Notes: generated from the sequence alone by a model not told the origin. A DNA stretch of 64,000 nt from Paragordius varius (GCA_964247055.1 OZ176053.1:7130001-7194000), one strand, 5' to 3'. Shown: positions 1 to 14,020, counted from the stretch's first letter. Numbers and translations: made by a program.

Positions 1-149
1 CTGAGAGCATTTTTAACTTTTGATAACCGTGGTCAGTGATCGTTGCCTCTTCGACCACTTTCTTATTTACATCCAGCGTTTTTAGAGCCAAAAATCGTAC
101 CTGCTTGGTGGCCGCGGCATCTTCATCATCTGGTTGGCTATGCTCTATG

Positions 150-1170
150 GGAAGTCTCAACGCGTCGGCTAAGTTTTCTTCCCCTTTTTTGTAAAATATT
201 TCATACTCGTACCTGATGGTCTTCGATATCCACCTGAGCAGTTTGCTATTATTAATGTTGTTGATGTCTCTCTTCCGCCCAAATAGTGACACCAGCGGTT
301 TATGATCTGTATATATCTCGAACGGTCTTCATATAAAGTATTTAAATTTTTCTAGGGCAAACACTATGGCCTTGGCCTCTTTTTCGATCGTGGAATAACC
401 CTTTTCTGCTATTGAACAAGTTCGTGACGCGTAAAAAATTGGGCGTTTCCCCTGTGGGGTCTTATGAAACAGTATTGCCCCAAACCCCTTGTTGGAAGGA
501 TATGTTTCGATCAACAAGGGAAAACAGTCGTTAATTGGCATTAAAGCCGGGGGCCTGGTTAGCAAGCTTTTTGCTTTCGCGAATTCACTATCATCTGCCG
601 GGGTCCACCGCCAAGGTGTATTCTTTCCACTTAACTTGTGTAAGATTGCTAGGTGTGGGTGACAGTTTGGTATAAACCGCTCATGAAAATTTATTAAGCC
701 TAAGAACGAACGTAGCTCAGTTTGTTTGTAGGTGTCGGACAATTTTTAATGGCCTCTAATTTTTCATTGGACGGCTCAATACCTTGGTCAGAAATCACGT
801 ACCCCATGTATTTGACTCGTGAGATACCAATTTGCAATTTGTTTCGGCGCAATCGTAATCCCGCCTCTTGTAACCTTCTAAATACTTCCCTTAATCTTTG
901 ATCATGTTCCTCCCTGGTAGCTCCGGAAATTAAGACATCATCCAGGTACACACAAATACCAGGTATGTCCTTTAAAAGATTGTCCATGCATCTTTGAAAG
1001 ATCATAGGTGCTGAAGTTAATCCGAATGGAAGTCGTTGGTAAGCATAAAACCCTTTGTGAGTTGTGATGGTTACTAGCGTCTGTGACGCCCGGTCTATCG
1101 GAAATTGTAAGTAAGCATCTTTCAGGTCTAAAGTGGAAAAAATTATCCCATTTGCCACTTTGGTGGCCAA
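150..1170 (-). pseudogene. reverse transcriptase and RNase H of gypsy element 1
   Basis: LDLKDAYLQ, RLPFGLTSAP and YLDD motifs; RNase H PIFYASR and YSTIEKEAKAI. The first RNase H Asp is replaced (TYPS for TDAS), and the ORFs are frameshifted relative to each other. Confidence 0.93.
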
Positions 1171-1217
1171 CTCGTCAAAAGTAGGTATCAGATGAGAATC
1201 CTTTGCTAAATAACGGT

Positions 1218-2653
1218 TTATACTAATTCGGAAATCGGCAATATCCTAATTTCTCCATTTCCTTTAACTATATTTACTGTGGGAGAGGCCCATATTGGGG
1301 TTTGGGTCGGATCGATAGGTCGGAGTATTTTGAGTTTAAATCTATCAATTTCATTTTCTACTAAAGGTTTTAGAGTTAAAGGTACCCTACGACAAGGAAA
1401 AACTTTAGGTTTGGCCCCGGGGTCGATAAATAATTTTATTGGGGGCCACTTGAAAGTACCTAACTCGTCTGAAAACAATTTGTCAAAATAATCAAATAAC
1501 ATTTTATTATTAGGTGCTTGCGTATGTAAAACTGAAAAAACATTTTTTGGGAATTCTAACCGAAACGCCCGCATCCAATTCATCCCAAACACGGCTGGCG
1601 GGTTAGTTTGCGTCACCACGCAGGGCAGGCACTTCTCTTCTTCATTCAAAACCACTGAAATCATCGATTTTCCGAGTACTTCTATCGGACCATCATTGAA
1701 GGTTCGCAAATTTGGAGCTGGGAGCAAACGAGGTCGACCAATATTTACCCAAGTGCGCTTGCCAATTACGGATACCTCGGCGCCCGTATCGTAGATAAAC
1801 GTTGTTGGTATATTATTTATTAGTACCTGAATCCGGGGGGTGTTGTTCGGGCTAGTCATGGTGCGGATTGACGGCCGTCGGAACGTTGCCTTGCATACTG
1901 TGCTGAAATGATTCCATTTGTCGCAATTGAAACACCGTTTTCCTTTTGCCGGGCAGGTGGCGAAACCATGTCGATACCCACAATTACTACATAGCTTTCG
2001 GGTTATTTGATTGATTGTATTATTATCATTAACAACTGGTTGGATACTTGAAGGAAGTTCACTGGTATTATTATTGTTCAAATCATTATTATCTCTGATG
2101 TTGTGAACCTTTTTATCTTCTAATTCATAGGAATAAGCGATGTCTACAATCGCTTGAAGGGTTACCGGACCCCGTCCTTTTTGCCATCTGGATATTTGGA
2201 TTGAATTTCGCGTTCTACTCTGGGATTTTCAAGACCTACCAGGAATAAATCGCGTAATTTTGACTGAATATCCCCTTCAAATTTCCCGGCTTCACACTTT
2301 GCTTTCAGACGTTCCAGGAAATCCATGACTGATTCATCTGGCATTTTTTTTAATCGGTAGAATTCAACTCGATTTAACCATAGGCTGCTGATTGGTGATT
2401 ATATCTGAGTGGCCAAGGTTGCAATTTCCTCCCATTCCATGTCATCTATGAGTTTTGGGTATGCTAACGTTTCGATTTTCATTATTACTTGAATACCGCC
2501 GAAAGCGAGAAAAGTGCGTTTCATTGTGGTGTCATTGGATTCGATATTTTTGGAATTTAAGACTCTCCTGATGTGACGTATATATTGCGTAAAATTCATC
2601 GGTTCCTTAAAAGGCTCCAAAATCAGTTTTGAAATGTCCAACGCTTGGCTCAT
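1218..2653 (-). pseudogene. gag-protease region of gypsy element 1
   Basis: CSNCGYRHGFATC and CFNCDKWNHFSTVC zinc knuckles; YDTGAEVSVI aspartic protease; gag split across ORFs 2399-2653 and 2162-2344. Confidence 0.9.
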
Positions 2654-2664
2654 TGAAAGCTAAA

Positions 2665-2673
2665 ACGGCACCA
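2665..2673 (-). promoter_or_regulatory. primer-binding site complementary to the tRNA-His 3' end
   Basis: The minus strand reads ...CTTTACA-TT-TGGTGCCGT. ACGGCACCA is the 3' end of eukaryotic tRNA-His(GUG) including CCA. Confidence 0.7.
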
Positions 2674-2899
2674 AATGTAAAGTTGAATTATTCACGTATA
2701 GCAATATGGTATATTAAAATAGAGTTGAGCGATAAAAAGAAAAACCAAAATAAAAAAGTGAGTGGCTATTATATCACAAGTTCTTTTTATGTGTGCATGC
2801 CTTATTTGCGTAGACGTTACACAATGGTTATTCTCAACAACAGATAAGCTTTAACACGAAATATATATATAATATTCAAATACAAAATAACTGATGCAA

Positions 2900-5532
2900 C
2901 ATGAATTGAGTGTGTTAACAAAATAGAATATTATAACCTTACAGCTCTTATCCAAATAAAAATTATATAAATAAGCAAAATATCTAAATAAAATTTTGTT
3001 TTGAAAAAAAAGTTTCAAGTCAAACTATTTCGACGCCATTTTTATTTTGCGAATTTTTGCAAAATATCGTCTTCATTTAATTTTAAGTGTAAAAATCAAT
3101 TTTTTATTTTAATTACATCTAACATTAATAGAAATAGAAAAAACGGTTTATTTTAATGTGAACAGATATTTTGAACTTTGACGCAATACAAAATTAAAAC
3201 ATATTTTGCTTTACAACATCGGGGTGGTATATTACACAGTCACAAAATATCCCGATGAAATATATATATTCTGATAAGAAAATATCAAAATTATCAAGGT
3301 TTTTAAGTGATTTACACTTTTGTGATCAGTCCGTATATAATTGCCAAAGGTGCGCATTTTTTTCAAATACATTTTTTGGTGAAAGCTAAATGCTTTATTT
3401 CAAAAGATATCACTAAAAAATATAACACAAACTAAAAGAGCAAAACAAAATTTTTATAATTTTTAGATATGGGCTCTGAAAGTCCCATTTTTTGCCTCTT
3501 TTATAATGGACTGTGCTCTAAAAACGGAAAAATTTTGACATGATGCAATAATTTCAAAAATATGATAAATTTTGTTATCGAATAAAAAGGTTTTTTTAAA
3601 AATGCATACCTTAAAAATTTATTTTTTAGCAAAATTTTGTTGAAGCGTTTTTGTTTATGATGGAAACGATACAAACGGGTGAGATGCTATTCCATTTATA
3701 TATATAATTCGATTATGCTAATTTTTCTCGCTCAGAATTTTGATCAAAATTTTCGCTCGTTTTTAAGTTAAAATTGAGTTTTATAACAAAAATTTACCAA
3801 AATTTGCAAGCAAACAAACCTTTAATTTAAAATTCTCAACATACAGTAATTTTCCACATCATTTAAGTATTTAGAGGGTTTTATTATATCTTAAAGCTTC
3901 ATACCGTTTTCATTCTGCTTCAAAATAGTTTGCGCTTCAACAAAATATTTCAAATTTGTTTATGAAAAATAAGAAAACTAATAAAAATTAAAGTTAAGGA
4001 AAGAAATTTAGAAATATCATACCTCCCATCGCTGGTCAAATCATGACCAGTGACTATTTATTTTTTAACCATAGTCATTGATAAAAACACCTGTTTGAAA
4101 AAATGGTAGTAAATTTTTTTTGGAAGAGAGATACTAAGATTTATTGTTTTTTAATATATTTTTTAAAATACAAATATTATTTAATTATGCTCATTTAACA
4201 ATATTTAAAATTGTTAAAAATGCCTCTTTATAATACAAGTATTTAAGCATAATTAGTTATTTCGAAAAACAAGATAGCACTTTGCAAATTATGCCATACA
4301 ATATATGTGAACCATTCAAAAATGTAAAACATCCTATAATTGGTATTTTAATGATGAAAGAAAGTGTAAAACAAATTAGGTAAAATTTAAAATAAATCTA
4401 TGCATTTGAAGATTCAGAAGGCCACAAACATGTGGCAAAATTTATTTAACAATTTCTTGACCAAATTCGATCGAAAATATAAATATATACAAACTTTAAA
4501 GAAAAAACATGACATTATTAAAGAAACGCAAGTGCAATTTGAACTTATTTTGACAATCTAATATCGCATGATACTTATTTAAGTACAAAGCGGTCATGAA
4601 CCTGGTCTGACTGGGTCTGACCCGATTTTTTAAAAAAGTAATCAAGCACAACCCTACTCCCACCTAATGAGTAAAGACGTAAAAACATTTTTAAATACGA
4701 AAAAACGTTTATTTCGTTATCATATGCCATATATAATAAATTTTATATAATATGTTACGGGAATACTAATTTTCTACATAATTTCCCGTTCATAAAATGA
4801 AATTTTTAAACCTTAACATAGATTAAAATATCATGAATTAATTTTGTTAACTCATTCTAAATTTTGAGGCACCTCTTTTTGCGTAAGCCCTGAATAAAAG
4901 AGCCATTAGCCTGAATCTTACGATTCGAGATTTATAGTTTCGCCACTGCTGCCTTTATAAGCGGCATCCAATCCAATTTTATGTATAATACGAGTGCAAA
5001 ATAAAGTATTAACCAATTAAAAATAGGCCAATCTTAGTTTTTTACCGCAAAATGAACCATTTCTTTACAATTTATGTGGTTATTTTTACAGAGGGTACTA
5101 TATTAAATTCTAAAATACTTTTATTGAATAAATAAAAGGTAAATTATATATTTATATAAAATTTATTTTTTTAATTTAAAAAAGCAGTACAAAAGTGGGC
5201 GCAGTACAGGCGCAGTTTTTTTCTGAAAACCCAGTACTGTACTGCGAAAAACAGCCTATCTGGTCACATTTTGTATTTTTTCAATTTTACCATTGCACAC
5301 ATGTCACGCTGATTAACTTTTTAACTTTAGGTTTTAGTTAAAAATAAATATTATCAAGTATTTTTGAATAAAATTTTTAATATATTTCGGTTTATTAATG
5401 TAATATAAAAGTATTTTGCCATCGTTTCAATTCCCTCCATATTTTTTAAAGTATATAATTTTAACAGGCCAGGGATATCCAACTACCCCAATTTGAATTG
5501 AAGGACTAAAATGAATGTCTTGCATCCAAGTG
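2900..5532 (+). mobile_element. piggyBac-like non-autonomous element carrying a nested 2.1-kb TIR insertion
   Basis: 2950-3150 matches the MITE bodies at 47800-48000 and 49720-49900. The right end reads GGGATATCCAACTACCCC...CCAAGTG followed by TTAA (5533-5536). The left end is unclear. Confidence 0.55.
3155..5270. mobile_element. unclassified ~2.1-kb TIR element, copy 1
   Basis: Ends AATGTGAACAGATA (3155) and TATCTGGTCACATT (5257-5270); an empty paralogous site is at ~49880; no ORF. Confidence 0.6.
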
Positions 5533-5899
5533 TTAAAATAGGATCTGTAGCTAGCCAAATGAATAGTAATAGTAAGAACGTATGTGGTAATTGGCCAGAA
5601 ATCAAATCTCCTGGGAATTATACATATCGAAATAAAAGGTCAACGAAACATTTTGGCTAGTTTTATTAGAAGCGTTCTCAAAACGGTGTGAGGTTGTGTT
5701 CACAAAGTTATATCCTCAACTGTTTAATATATAAATTTTTTTGGTTTGGTGTAGACGGCTTATTTCTTTAATTTCTGAAACGGATCATCGTCAGAGTTCA
5801 AAAACTATTGATTGAAACTCCATATTAAACATTTCTCACCTCTTTACCACCCTCAAACAGAAGTGTCAGTAAAAAACGATTCGGACGATAAAGATAAAA

Positions 5900-6230
5900 T
5901 ATGACGCGAGAAAAACAAAATCGTTCAGACTTGGCGATGCTAAATTTATCGGACTATTGCTATATGTGTCTTTGTTGGTCAAAAACCAGAAATATTTTTT
6001 GAACTAGAAAGCCAGGGGAATACTAAAGGGATCAGTAGATTTTAAAGATTCCTCCGAAGTAACTTATTATTCGGAATGTAAAGACCAAGGTTGACGAAAA
6101 AACGTAGTTGCTCGCCCGACATCGTCCACATCTCTGTTTTTGATGGTCGAGTTAATTTTCCCAAAAAAATGCTAAGCTGTACGCCAAAATTTGGAAGGGA
6201 GATGTTAGGAGAATTTTGTTTAGTTATAAA
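5900..6230 (+). pseudogene. 5' AP-endonuclease remnant of an RTE-type LINE (RT portion deleted)
   Basis: Decayed APE motifs (TYYSECKDQG, VVARPTSS, PKFGREMLGEFCL), joined directly to the sequence that follows the LINE 3' tail in the 9.7-kb copy. Confidence 0.6.
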
Positions 6231-6349
6231 TATTTATTCTATATTAAATAGAATATACATTCTAATTGCTTTATATGTATTATTGTGTTGTATTTATAAC
6301 TATTCTGATTTAATATATCTATAGCTTAAATATAAACAACTATTCCAAA

Positions 6350-6780
6350 TATGGTAACGCATCCGATAAAGAAACTATATCTTTAAAGCGGGTAAAACGG
6401 TTTTCTTATTTAAATAATGGTAAAAGAAAAATCAATCTCGAATACTGTGCTGCAGAAGGCATTTGATTTTGCTCCAAATAAAATAACAACAGCCGATAAT
6501 GAGTGCTAAGAATCGGTTAAAACAATATTTTAAATAGTAATACAGCGGTACTTATCATTTATGCGACCATGCTCCCACAACATCTGAAATCAGATTCATA
6601 CTGGCAACACTATATTCCGAAACCACTGAAATTTAAAAAATTGATACCGGATATTATAAGAAAATAAATCAATTGGCCTCCTCTAGATGTTGAAGAATTT
6701 TTTTAAGAAGAAACCGAATGAATGCGCCTAATGCTCAAAGCCTCAACATATTACGAAACTTATTTCCAAAATCACCGTAA
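6350..6780 (+). pseudogene. degenerate 3' half of the IN-box-like gene family (copy B1)
   Basis: Translates to PLKFKKLIPDIIRK*INWPPLDVEEFF; DNA is collinear with 36590-37063; ends TCACCGTAA. Confidence 0.8.
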
Positions 6781-7769
6781 GAGTTAACAGATCTATATTT
6801 TATGATAAATTTATTGCCCTAAATAAGAAAATTTTGTCGGAAAATATATCCTGTAAATAAACTCAATTTAAATAATTAGTATTATTTATTAGTAATAGAG
6901 ATATTATGGATCATAGCTTTCAGATTGAGTTTATTTTATTGTATGAATGAACACCTTCTTCAAATTACGGGCACAAATAAATTCTATAGTTCTTATTCGA
7001 TTAGTTGTAAAAAAATATTTAATTTTAAAAACACCATAAAAATTATATCAATTTTAAAATTATCCATTCTATATGGACGTGCCTGATTCGTATGTGAAAA
7101 TTTTGACTGGCTATCTTTATAAACGGCACTAAAGAATCATTTCATAGGGGAATCATGTTCTGCAATACAATTCTTTACTACTTCCTGCCTAAAATTATCT
7201 TTGTAAACTAGTGTTAAGATTTGGTAACATATATATATATAATTTGCACTTCAAGAGTGCCCTTGAACACACTTCAGGTAAGTCCTTGATCATTTCCAAT
7301 TTGTCCTTAGATTTTGAAATTTATTGATCATATTTTAATATTGTTCTTAAAACCAGATTTATTTGTTTCAACTCAAATTTTTCCAATCAAAAAAATTATT
7401 AATTTATAGATGTTTTATGGAAATTTGTAATTAATGGCTTAGAAAACCTATAAAATTTTCAATTACGTATATATAAAATATTTTTAAAAAAACTAATAAA
7501 ATAGATTGTTTAAAAGTTGATATTTATTTAGAGTCTATATTGAATTAAGAGAATAGGTTAAAAATCACAAAATAAATGAATGATACAAGGTTTTATTTAT
7601 AAAAAACAAAAAAGAGTTAAAGGACCAATGAAATGTTTAAGGATAAACTTGAAATGTTCAAGGACTAACTTGAAGTGTTTAAAGATACTCTTGAAGACAA
7701 AATAATATATTATATTTATATATAAACGTTGATATAACCTTTTGATTCCAAAAACCCTAACCCTAATTT

Positions 7770-8445
7770 AATCATTACAGAGAAATCACAATAAACCGTC
7801 AGGTAAATGGCCCAATTATATAACTACAGAGAAATTATGTGAACCACCAGATATGTTACCTGTTTTATAGGTATTAAGCTAAATAAACCGCCAGGTATGT
7901 GTCCAGTTACAGAGAAATCAAAATGACCCACCAGATAAGTTGCTTAGTTCAATGGTCTCAGAGATACCAAATTATTGAAGACTGTCCACTTATAAAAAAA
8001 ATATACAATAAACTTTAAATATAAAAATATAATATTTTGGAACTAGCGATGTAGATTAATTGACTGATTTATATCTTGATTGACCTATATATACATAATT
8101 TAACTCATAAAATTTTTCATTGAAATTACTTTAAAACAATTGAAAAACGTATAGGCTTATTTTTATTGTCGCATATATTGTACAACGAATTTATAAAGGG
8201 TTGGTAGGTGTGGGAATATATTTTATTAACCCTGAAACAGATGAACGGCTCTTTTTTAACTTTTAGTGTCGTTCGTTTTATATAAATTCAACAAATTTAG
8301 AGCGCGCAAATAGAAACGGAATGGGAAAAGCGCAAATCCAATTTTGACCTTTTCCGCGAATACGACTGTTCGATTATGAGCCTAACATTCTTTTGTATTT
8401 TAATTATTAAAGTAACTGACCCTTTTCCACAGTAAAATTTGGTTT
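7770..8445. mobile_element. single arm of the foldback-type element (four sub-repeats plus outer TIR)
   Basis: Reverse complement of 23050-23730; homologous to the arms at 30100-30600 and 32000-32460. Confidence 0.7.
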
Positions 8446-9127
8446 GCGTTTTTGAATTGAAAAACTTTAAGTTGAAACAAATATATTTGGTTTTTGAATT
8501 AACAATTTAATTTTAAAATGAATAAATATGTAATAAAAGTGAATTCGGTTAAAAAATAATAAAAAAAATCATCTAAACATTATGATTAAATCTAAATTTA
8601 AAATTTTAAGGATCCAACAAATGATCAAGAACTAACCTGAAGTGTTCAAGGATACTTTATGAAATTATATATATTACCAAATCTTAACAATAAATTACAA
8701 AGATGATTAGGCGAATTGTATTGGAGAACTATATTCATTTATTTTATGATTCTTTAGTGCCTTATAAGGATAGCCAGTCCAAATTCTCACAAATATTCGC
8801 ACAAGCATATTAAATGGTATAAGATATTCAATTGATATAATTTTTAAGGTTAAAATGTAATAAAATAAATAAATTTTTTACAATTTAAAAACGAATAATA
8901 GTTATAAATATATCTGTACCCTTTATAATTTGAAGAAGTTGACTCATACATAAAAATAAACTCAAATGTCTGAAACAAAGGATTCATAAAATCTCATTAA
9001 TGAATAAATTTAATTATTTAAATTGGGTTTATTGATTATATTTTCCGACAAAATTTTCTGATTTAGGGCGATAATAATATTTAATTTATTAGAATGTATA
9101 TATATGTATCTAGAACTGTCTAAAAAA

Positions 9128-9600
9128 CTCTTGTGAATTTGAAAGTAAGTTTTTTGGGTCGTAGTTTTGAGCGTGAACGTAAAATTTCAGAGCGTCATGT
9201 GTTAAGCTTTGAGCATTCGGGGCATTCATTCGGTTTCTTCTTAAAAAAATTCTTCAACATCTAGAGGAGGCCAATTGATTTATTTTCTTATAATACCCGG
9301 TATCAATTTTTTAAATTTCAGTGGTTTCGGAATATAGTATTGCAGTATGAATGTGATTTATCAGATGTATTATGAGACATGGTCGCGTAAATGATAAGTA
9401 CCGCTCTATTACTATAAAAAAAGATTGTTTTAACCGATTCTCAGCACTCATTATCGGTTGTTGTTATTATATTTGGAGAAAAATCAAATGCCTTCTGTAG
9501 CACAGTATTCGAGATTGATTTTTCTTTTACCATTATTTAACAAGGAAAACCGTTTTACCCGCTTTAAAGATATAGTTTCTTTATCGGATGCTGTTACCAT
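9128..9600 (-). pseudogene. degenerate 3' half of the IN-box-like gene family (copy B2)
   Basis: Minus strand gives PLKFKKLIPGIIRK*INWPPLDVEEFF...SEILRSRSKLRPKKLT. Confidence 0.8.
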
Positions 9601-9721
9601 ATCTGGAATAGTTGTTTATATTTAAGCTAAAGATTTATTAAATCAGAATAGTAATAAATACAACACAATAATACATATAAAGCAATTAGAATGTATATTC
9701 TATCAAATATAGAATTAATAT

Positions 9722-12200
9722 TCATTATTATTGTAGCAAAGATCGTTGTCGATTTTTTGCTTTTTCGAAGGTGTATTTTCTCCAGTTTATATAATTGTAA
9801 GTGAGTGATGTTAACTGTTGTAAAGAGAGATTGGTTTCTTTGGTTAGGTTTTTAATCTAGCGCATCTTGCAGCGTCCACGTTTCCTGGATCCGTCGACCA
9901 TGCCTTTCATTAGTTGGAATTCCAAGTCATTAGCTCTGGTAATGTGACCAAAGTATGATAATTTCATTTTGAGGCACATGCCAATCAAGTGTATCTCGGG
10001 GTTTATTTTAAGGATTACAGTGTTTTTTACTTTATCTTTCCAAGTGATTTGAAGTGCCTTCCGCCAGCACCAGATTTCGAAGGCGTTAATGTATTTTTCG
10101 TCTACCTTTTTTATTGTCCAGCTTTCTGATGCATATAGCATGCTAGGAAATATTAGGGCTTTAACTAAACGGATTTTTGTTTTAAGTTTGATGTCGTGTG
10201 ATGACCATAGTTTATTATATTTTATCATTTTTGGCTTTGCAATTCCTATTCTTCTTTTAATGTCTGGGGTGCTGTTGTTAGTTGTATTTATAAGACTGCC
10301 TAGGTAAGTGTATTGGGACACTACTTCTTTTTGTTGGTTGTGAAAAGATAAGTTGTTATAATGGGTATGAGCGTTTATAGTCATGATTTTAGTTTTTTTT
10401 GAAATTGATCGTCAATTCAAATTTTTGGCATTCGTTTGAGAATTCAGTTAGGAGTTTTTTCAGGTTGTCCACTGAGTTTGACAGCAGTATGGTGTCATCA
10501 GCATAATGAAGTGATGATATAATAATGCCGGCAATGCTTATACCATTTATCTATGTTCCGTAATACGCTTCTATGCAGACGTTAAAAAGAGTGGGTGAGA
10601 GGATACAACCTTGTCTTAGACCATACCCAATTACTTGTGCCATGTGGGGTTTTTATGTTTAGTGATGAATTGGAATAAAGGGATTTTATGATGTTTAAAA
10701 TGTGATCTGAAACTCCCATCTGAGATATTGCCTTCCACAGCGTGTCGTGTTTCACGCTGTCGAAGGCTTTTGTAATCAATGAAGCAGATGTGGGTTTCTT
10801 TCTGAAATTCAATTTGTTTTTCGAATATCCAACGTATATTGCTGATCATGTCCCTGCATCCGCGATTGGATCTAAATCCCGCTTGAGTATTAGAAAGTTC
10901 GGCTTCAATTATGCCTTGGATACGCCTGTGAATTATTTTGAGGAAAACTTTTGATGCTTGATTGATTAGCGCTATAGTTCTATAGTTGTTAAATGATTTA
11001 GGATCGCCTTTTTTCAAGATGGGGATGAGTATTGATTTGCACCAGTCTTGGGGGAATGAGGCGTGAGCAAATATCTTTTGGAATAAGCCAGTTAGGATAT
11101 GGGGGATAAAACAAATGAGTTCGGTTGGAATATCGTTGTAATCAGATTTGTTGGGGAATGGTTAAGCGCCCATTCAACTTCCTCTTTGATGATCGGCGGG
11201 TCATGTTGATAGATCTCATTGTTTTTATCGGCGTTCATGGACTGGAGCCGTATAGTTTTAATACATATGGTTCCCATTGTTTCACCAGTGTTTTTTTGTC
11301 TGTGATGATATCTCCATCTTCCTTTCTCATTGGGCCTTTGTAGATTTTAGAACTACGTGGAGCAATGTGTACTTCAGCAAAGTAGTTGTTGTTATGTTTA
11401 GCAGCGTTTTCTAGTTTTAAGCACAGCTGATTGTAGTGATCGTTTTTGTCTTCCCGAGCGCTTTTTTGGAAATTTGCGTTAAGTGATTTGTACTCTGCCA
11501 TATTATAGCGTTTAGGTTGGCGCCGTTTGTCCGCCAAATCTAAACTTTTTTGTGATAACTTAATTTTGTTAAGATGGGATTTTTGGATAGGGATGCATTA
11601 TCTGGCTGTAGTGCTAGTGATATTTTGTATTGTATTCTAAAGATTTTCAGCGTCATCGTCTATTTCGAGTGTTTTAAATCTGTTTTCAAGTAACAAAGGA
11701 AACTCGGGGTAGATCGCAGAGAAATCTAATTTGAGTTTATGCTGAAATTTTGGTTAGCGTGAGAGAACTGTTTTAATTTTTAGTTTAGCTATAAGGAGAT
11801 TATGATCAGAATAGCAGTCAGAACCAGGGTAAGTTTTTACGTTCATAAAGGAAGATTTATATTTTTGCATACCGAGAATAAAGTCAATTTGGTTTCTGTG
11901 CTTCTTGCAAGGTGAAATCCATGTGTATAGCCTTCGCTTAGGTTGTTAGTTTGATATGAATAATTTGTGTCCACTGCAAAATTCTATGAGGCAGTCTCCT
12001 CTCTAAACACAATCCTCCTACTATCTCCCTGCCAAATTTTGGCGTACAGCTTAGCATTTTTTGGGAAAATTAACTCGACCATCAAAAACAGAGACGATGT
12101 GGGCGATATTGGGCGAGCAACTACGTATTTTCGCCAACCTCTGGTCTTTACATTCCGACGTTCACCTGTTATATCGATATGTATACAGGAGATTTGATTT
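9722..12200 (-). mobile_element. RTE-type non-LTR retrotransposon (APE plus RT), frameshifted
   Basis: ORF fragments NYRTIALINQASKVF, QAGFRSNRGCRDMI, KAFDSVKH, YTYLGSLI, YASESWT, LSYFGHITR, GSRKRGR; short (AAT)n tail at ~9722-9732; same family as 59295-62775. Confidence 0.92.
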
Positions 12201-13611
12201 CTGGCCAATTACCACATACGTTCTCATTATTACTATTCATTTGGCTAGCTACAGATCCTTTTTTAACACTTGATTATTTTTAACAAAAACCTAAAATTAA
12301 AAATTTAGTCAGCGTGACGTGTGTGCAATGGTAAAATTGAAAAATAATACAAAATGTGACCAGATAGGCTGTTTTTCGCAATACAGTACTGGGTTTTCAG
12401 AAAAAAACTGCGCCTGTACTGCGCCCACTTTTGTACTGCTTTTTTAAATTAAAAAAAATTAATTTTATAATATATAATTAACTTTTATTTATTCAATAAA
12501 AATATTTTAGAATTTAATATAGTACCCTCTGTAAAAATAGAAATGGTTCATTTTGCGGTAAAAAACTAAGACTGACCGTTTTTAATTGGTTAATATTTTA
12601 TTTTCCACTCGTATTATACATAAAATTGGATTGGATGCGTCAAACCGCTTATAAAGGCAGCAGTGGAAAAACTATAAATCTCGAATCGTAAGATTCAAGC
12701 TAATGGCTCTTTTATTCAGGGCTTACGCAAAAAGAGGTGCCTCCAAATTTAGAGTGAGTTAACAAAATTAATTCATGATATTTTAATAAATGTTTGAGCA
12801 CGTTTAAAAATTTCATTTTTTTGTTATATTAATTAAACGGGAAATTATGTAGAAAATTGTTATTCCCGTAACATATTATATAAAATTTATTATATATGGA
12901 ATATGATAACGAAATAAACGTTTTTTCGTATTTAAAATTGTTTGTTTTTACGTCTACTCATTAGGTGGGAGTAGGGTTGTGCTTGATTACTTTTTTAAAA
13001 CATCCGGTCAGACCCAGTCAGACCATGGTCATGACCGTGGTCATGACCATTTTGTACTGAAATAAGTATCATGCGATATTGGATTGTCAAAATAAGTTCA
13101 AAATCTTGTGTTTATAATTAGTATTTCTAAATATTATGGAGTTATTTAAGATATCCTCGCTTTTGTATTTATAGTGTTTGAAAGGAATAAGAGTATAATT
13201 TTAAGATCGAATCGTATGTTTAATAATGAATTTGAATGGAGAAGTAAAAAATATATTAATAATCGTTGTTTTTAAAATTTTAAGGCATACATTTTTGTGT
13301 AGTCCAATTAATTTCTTAAAAAGTATTAACTTAACCAGGACACGTTATTGTAAAATAATCAAATAAAAACTATCCTAAAAATTAATTTATCAAACTCGAA
13401 ACTATTCAATATAAATGTAAACTTTAGAGTTTTTTTTTATAAATTATTTACTTTATATTTATAATTTAATTAATTTATATATATATTAAACCCAAACTCG
13501 AAAATATTTAGTATATCTATGACGAATATACTTAGTCTATTATATTCGGAATCGTATGATTATTTATAAGAATATAAATTATATATCTTCTAAATTTTTG
13601 TAAGAAAATTC

Positions 13612-13683
13612 TTACGGTGAATTGAAATTCGTATCACTCGCGAATTTCTTACGCTGATGAGACTTTGAGCGTAAAAATTCGGA
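13612..13683 (-). pseudogene. inverted C-terminal tip of the IN-box-like family (SPINF-type paralog)
   Basis: Reverse complement of the last ~24 codons of ORF 14332-14655. Confidence 0.8.
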
Positions 13684-14020
13684 TCATCCTTCACAAAATC
13701 AGTCTGATAATGATTCAGTAATAGTACCGGAAACAATTGTTCCTACCCAGACATTAAACAAAAACATTTCAACAGATTCTTCGAAATTACTTAATAGCTC
13801 TCCTACTGTAAGTAATAAACCCCGAGAAATTACAATACATACAACAAAAGAGTTAAAGCAGTCTGCTTTGTCAAACATAGTACAGCAACAATTAATAATA
13901 TCCTCGAAACTCTTACGCCTGCAGAAAAACATTTAGATAAGACTGTTTCTAATATAATAGCCACATCTTATAATAATTCCCAAGTAACAGTTATGCCTTC
14001 AAAAAAAGGGTTAAACGGTT
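13680..14020 (+). pseudogene. internal fragment copied from the 414-aa gene
   Basis: Near-identical to 36277-36615 (DHPSQNQSDNDSVIVPET...MPSKKGL), with internal deletions. Confidence 0.85.

Larger units (their letters stand above)
1..2856 (-). mobile_element. Ty3/gypsy LTR retrotransposon family 1, frameshifted; integrase lies left of the window
   Basis: Minus-strand ORFs run in gypsy order: gag (2653-2162), two CCHC knuckles plus DTG protease (2081-1218), RT with YLDD (1170-700), RNase H (742-~150). A PBS and a probable 5' LTR (about 2676-2856, TGTTAAAG...CTTTACA) precede gag. The LTR outer boundary is uncertain. Confidence 0.93.
4538..13100. repeat. large palindrome P1: arms ~4538-7390 and ~8455-13100, spacer ~1.06 kb
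   Basis: Continuous reverse-complement identity, e.g. 4540-4620 with 13010-13100, 6240-6720 with 9230-9715, and 7200-7390 with 8455-8700. The right arm holds an extra 2.3-kb LINE body. Confidence 0.9.

Noticed and set aside
6091-6324. Recurring short ORF MTKKRSCSP... (also 21128-21406, 11967-12273)
   Set aside because: It is an off-frame reading of the decayed LINE endonuclease fused to flank, not a gene.
7752-7768. (CCCTAA)2 telomere-like motif at the fold-back junction (mirrored at ~23735)
   Set aside because: It is explained as a fusion of the flank AAACCTTAAC (~29953) with a foldback sub-repeat starting CCTAATTT (~31982). Two units are not evidence of telomere addition.
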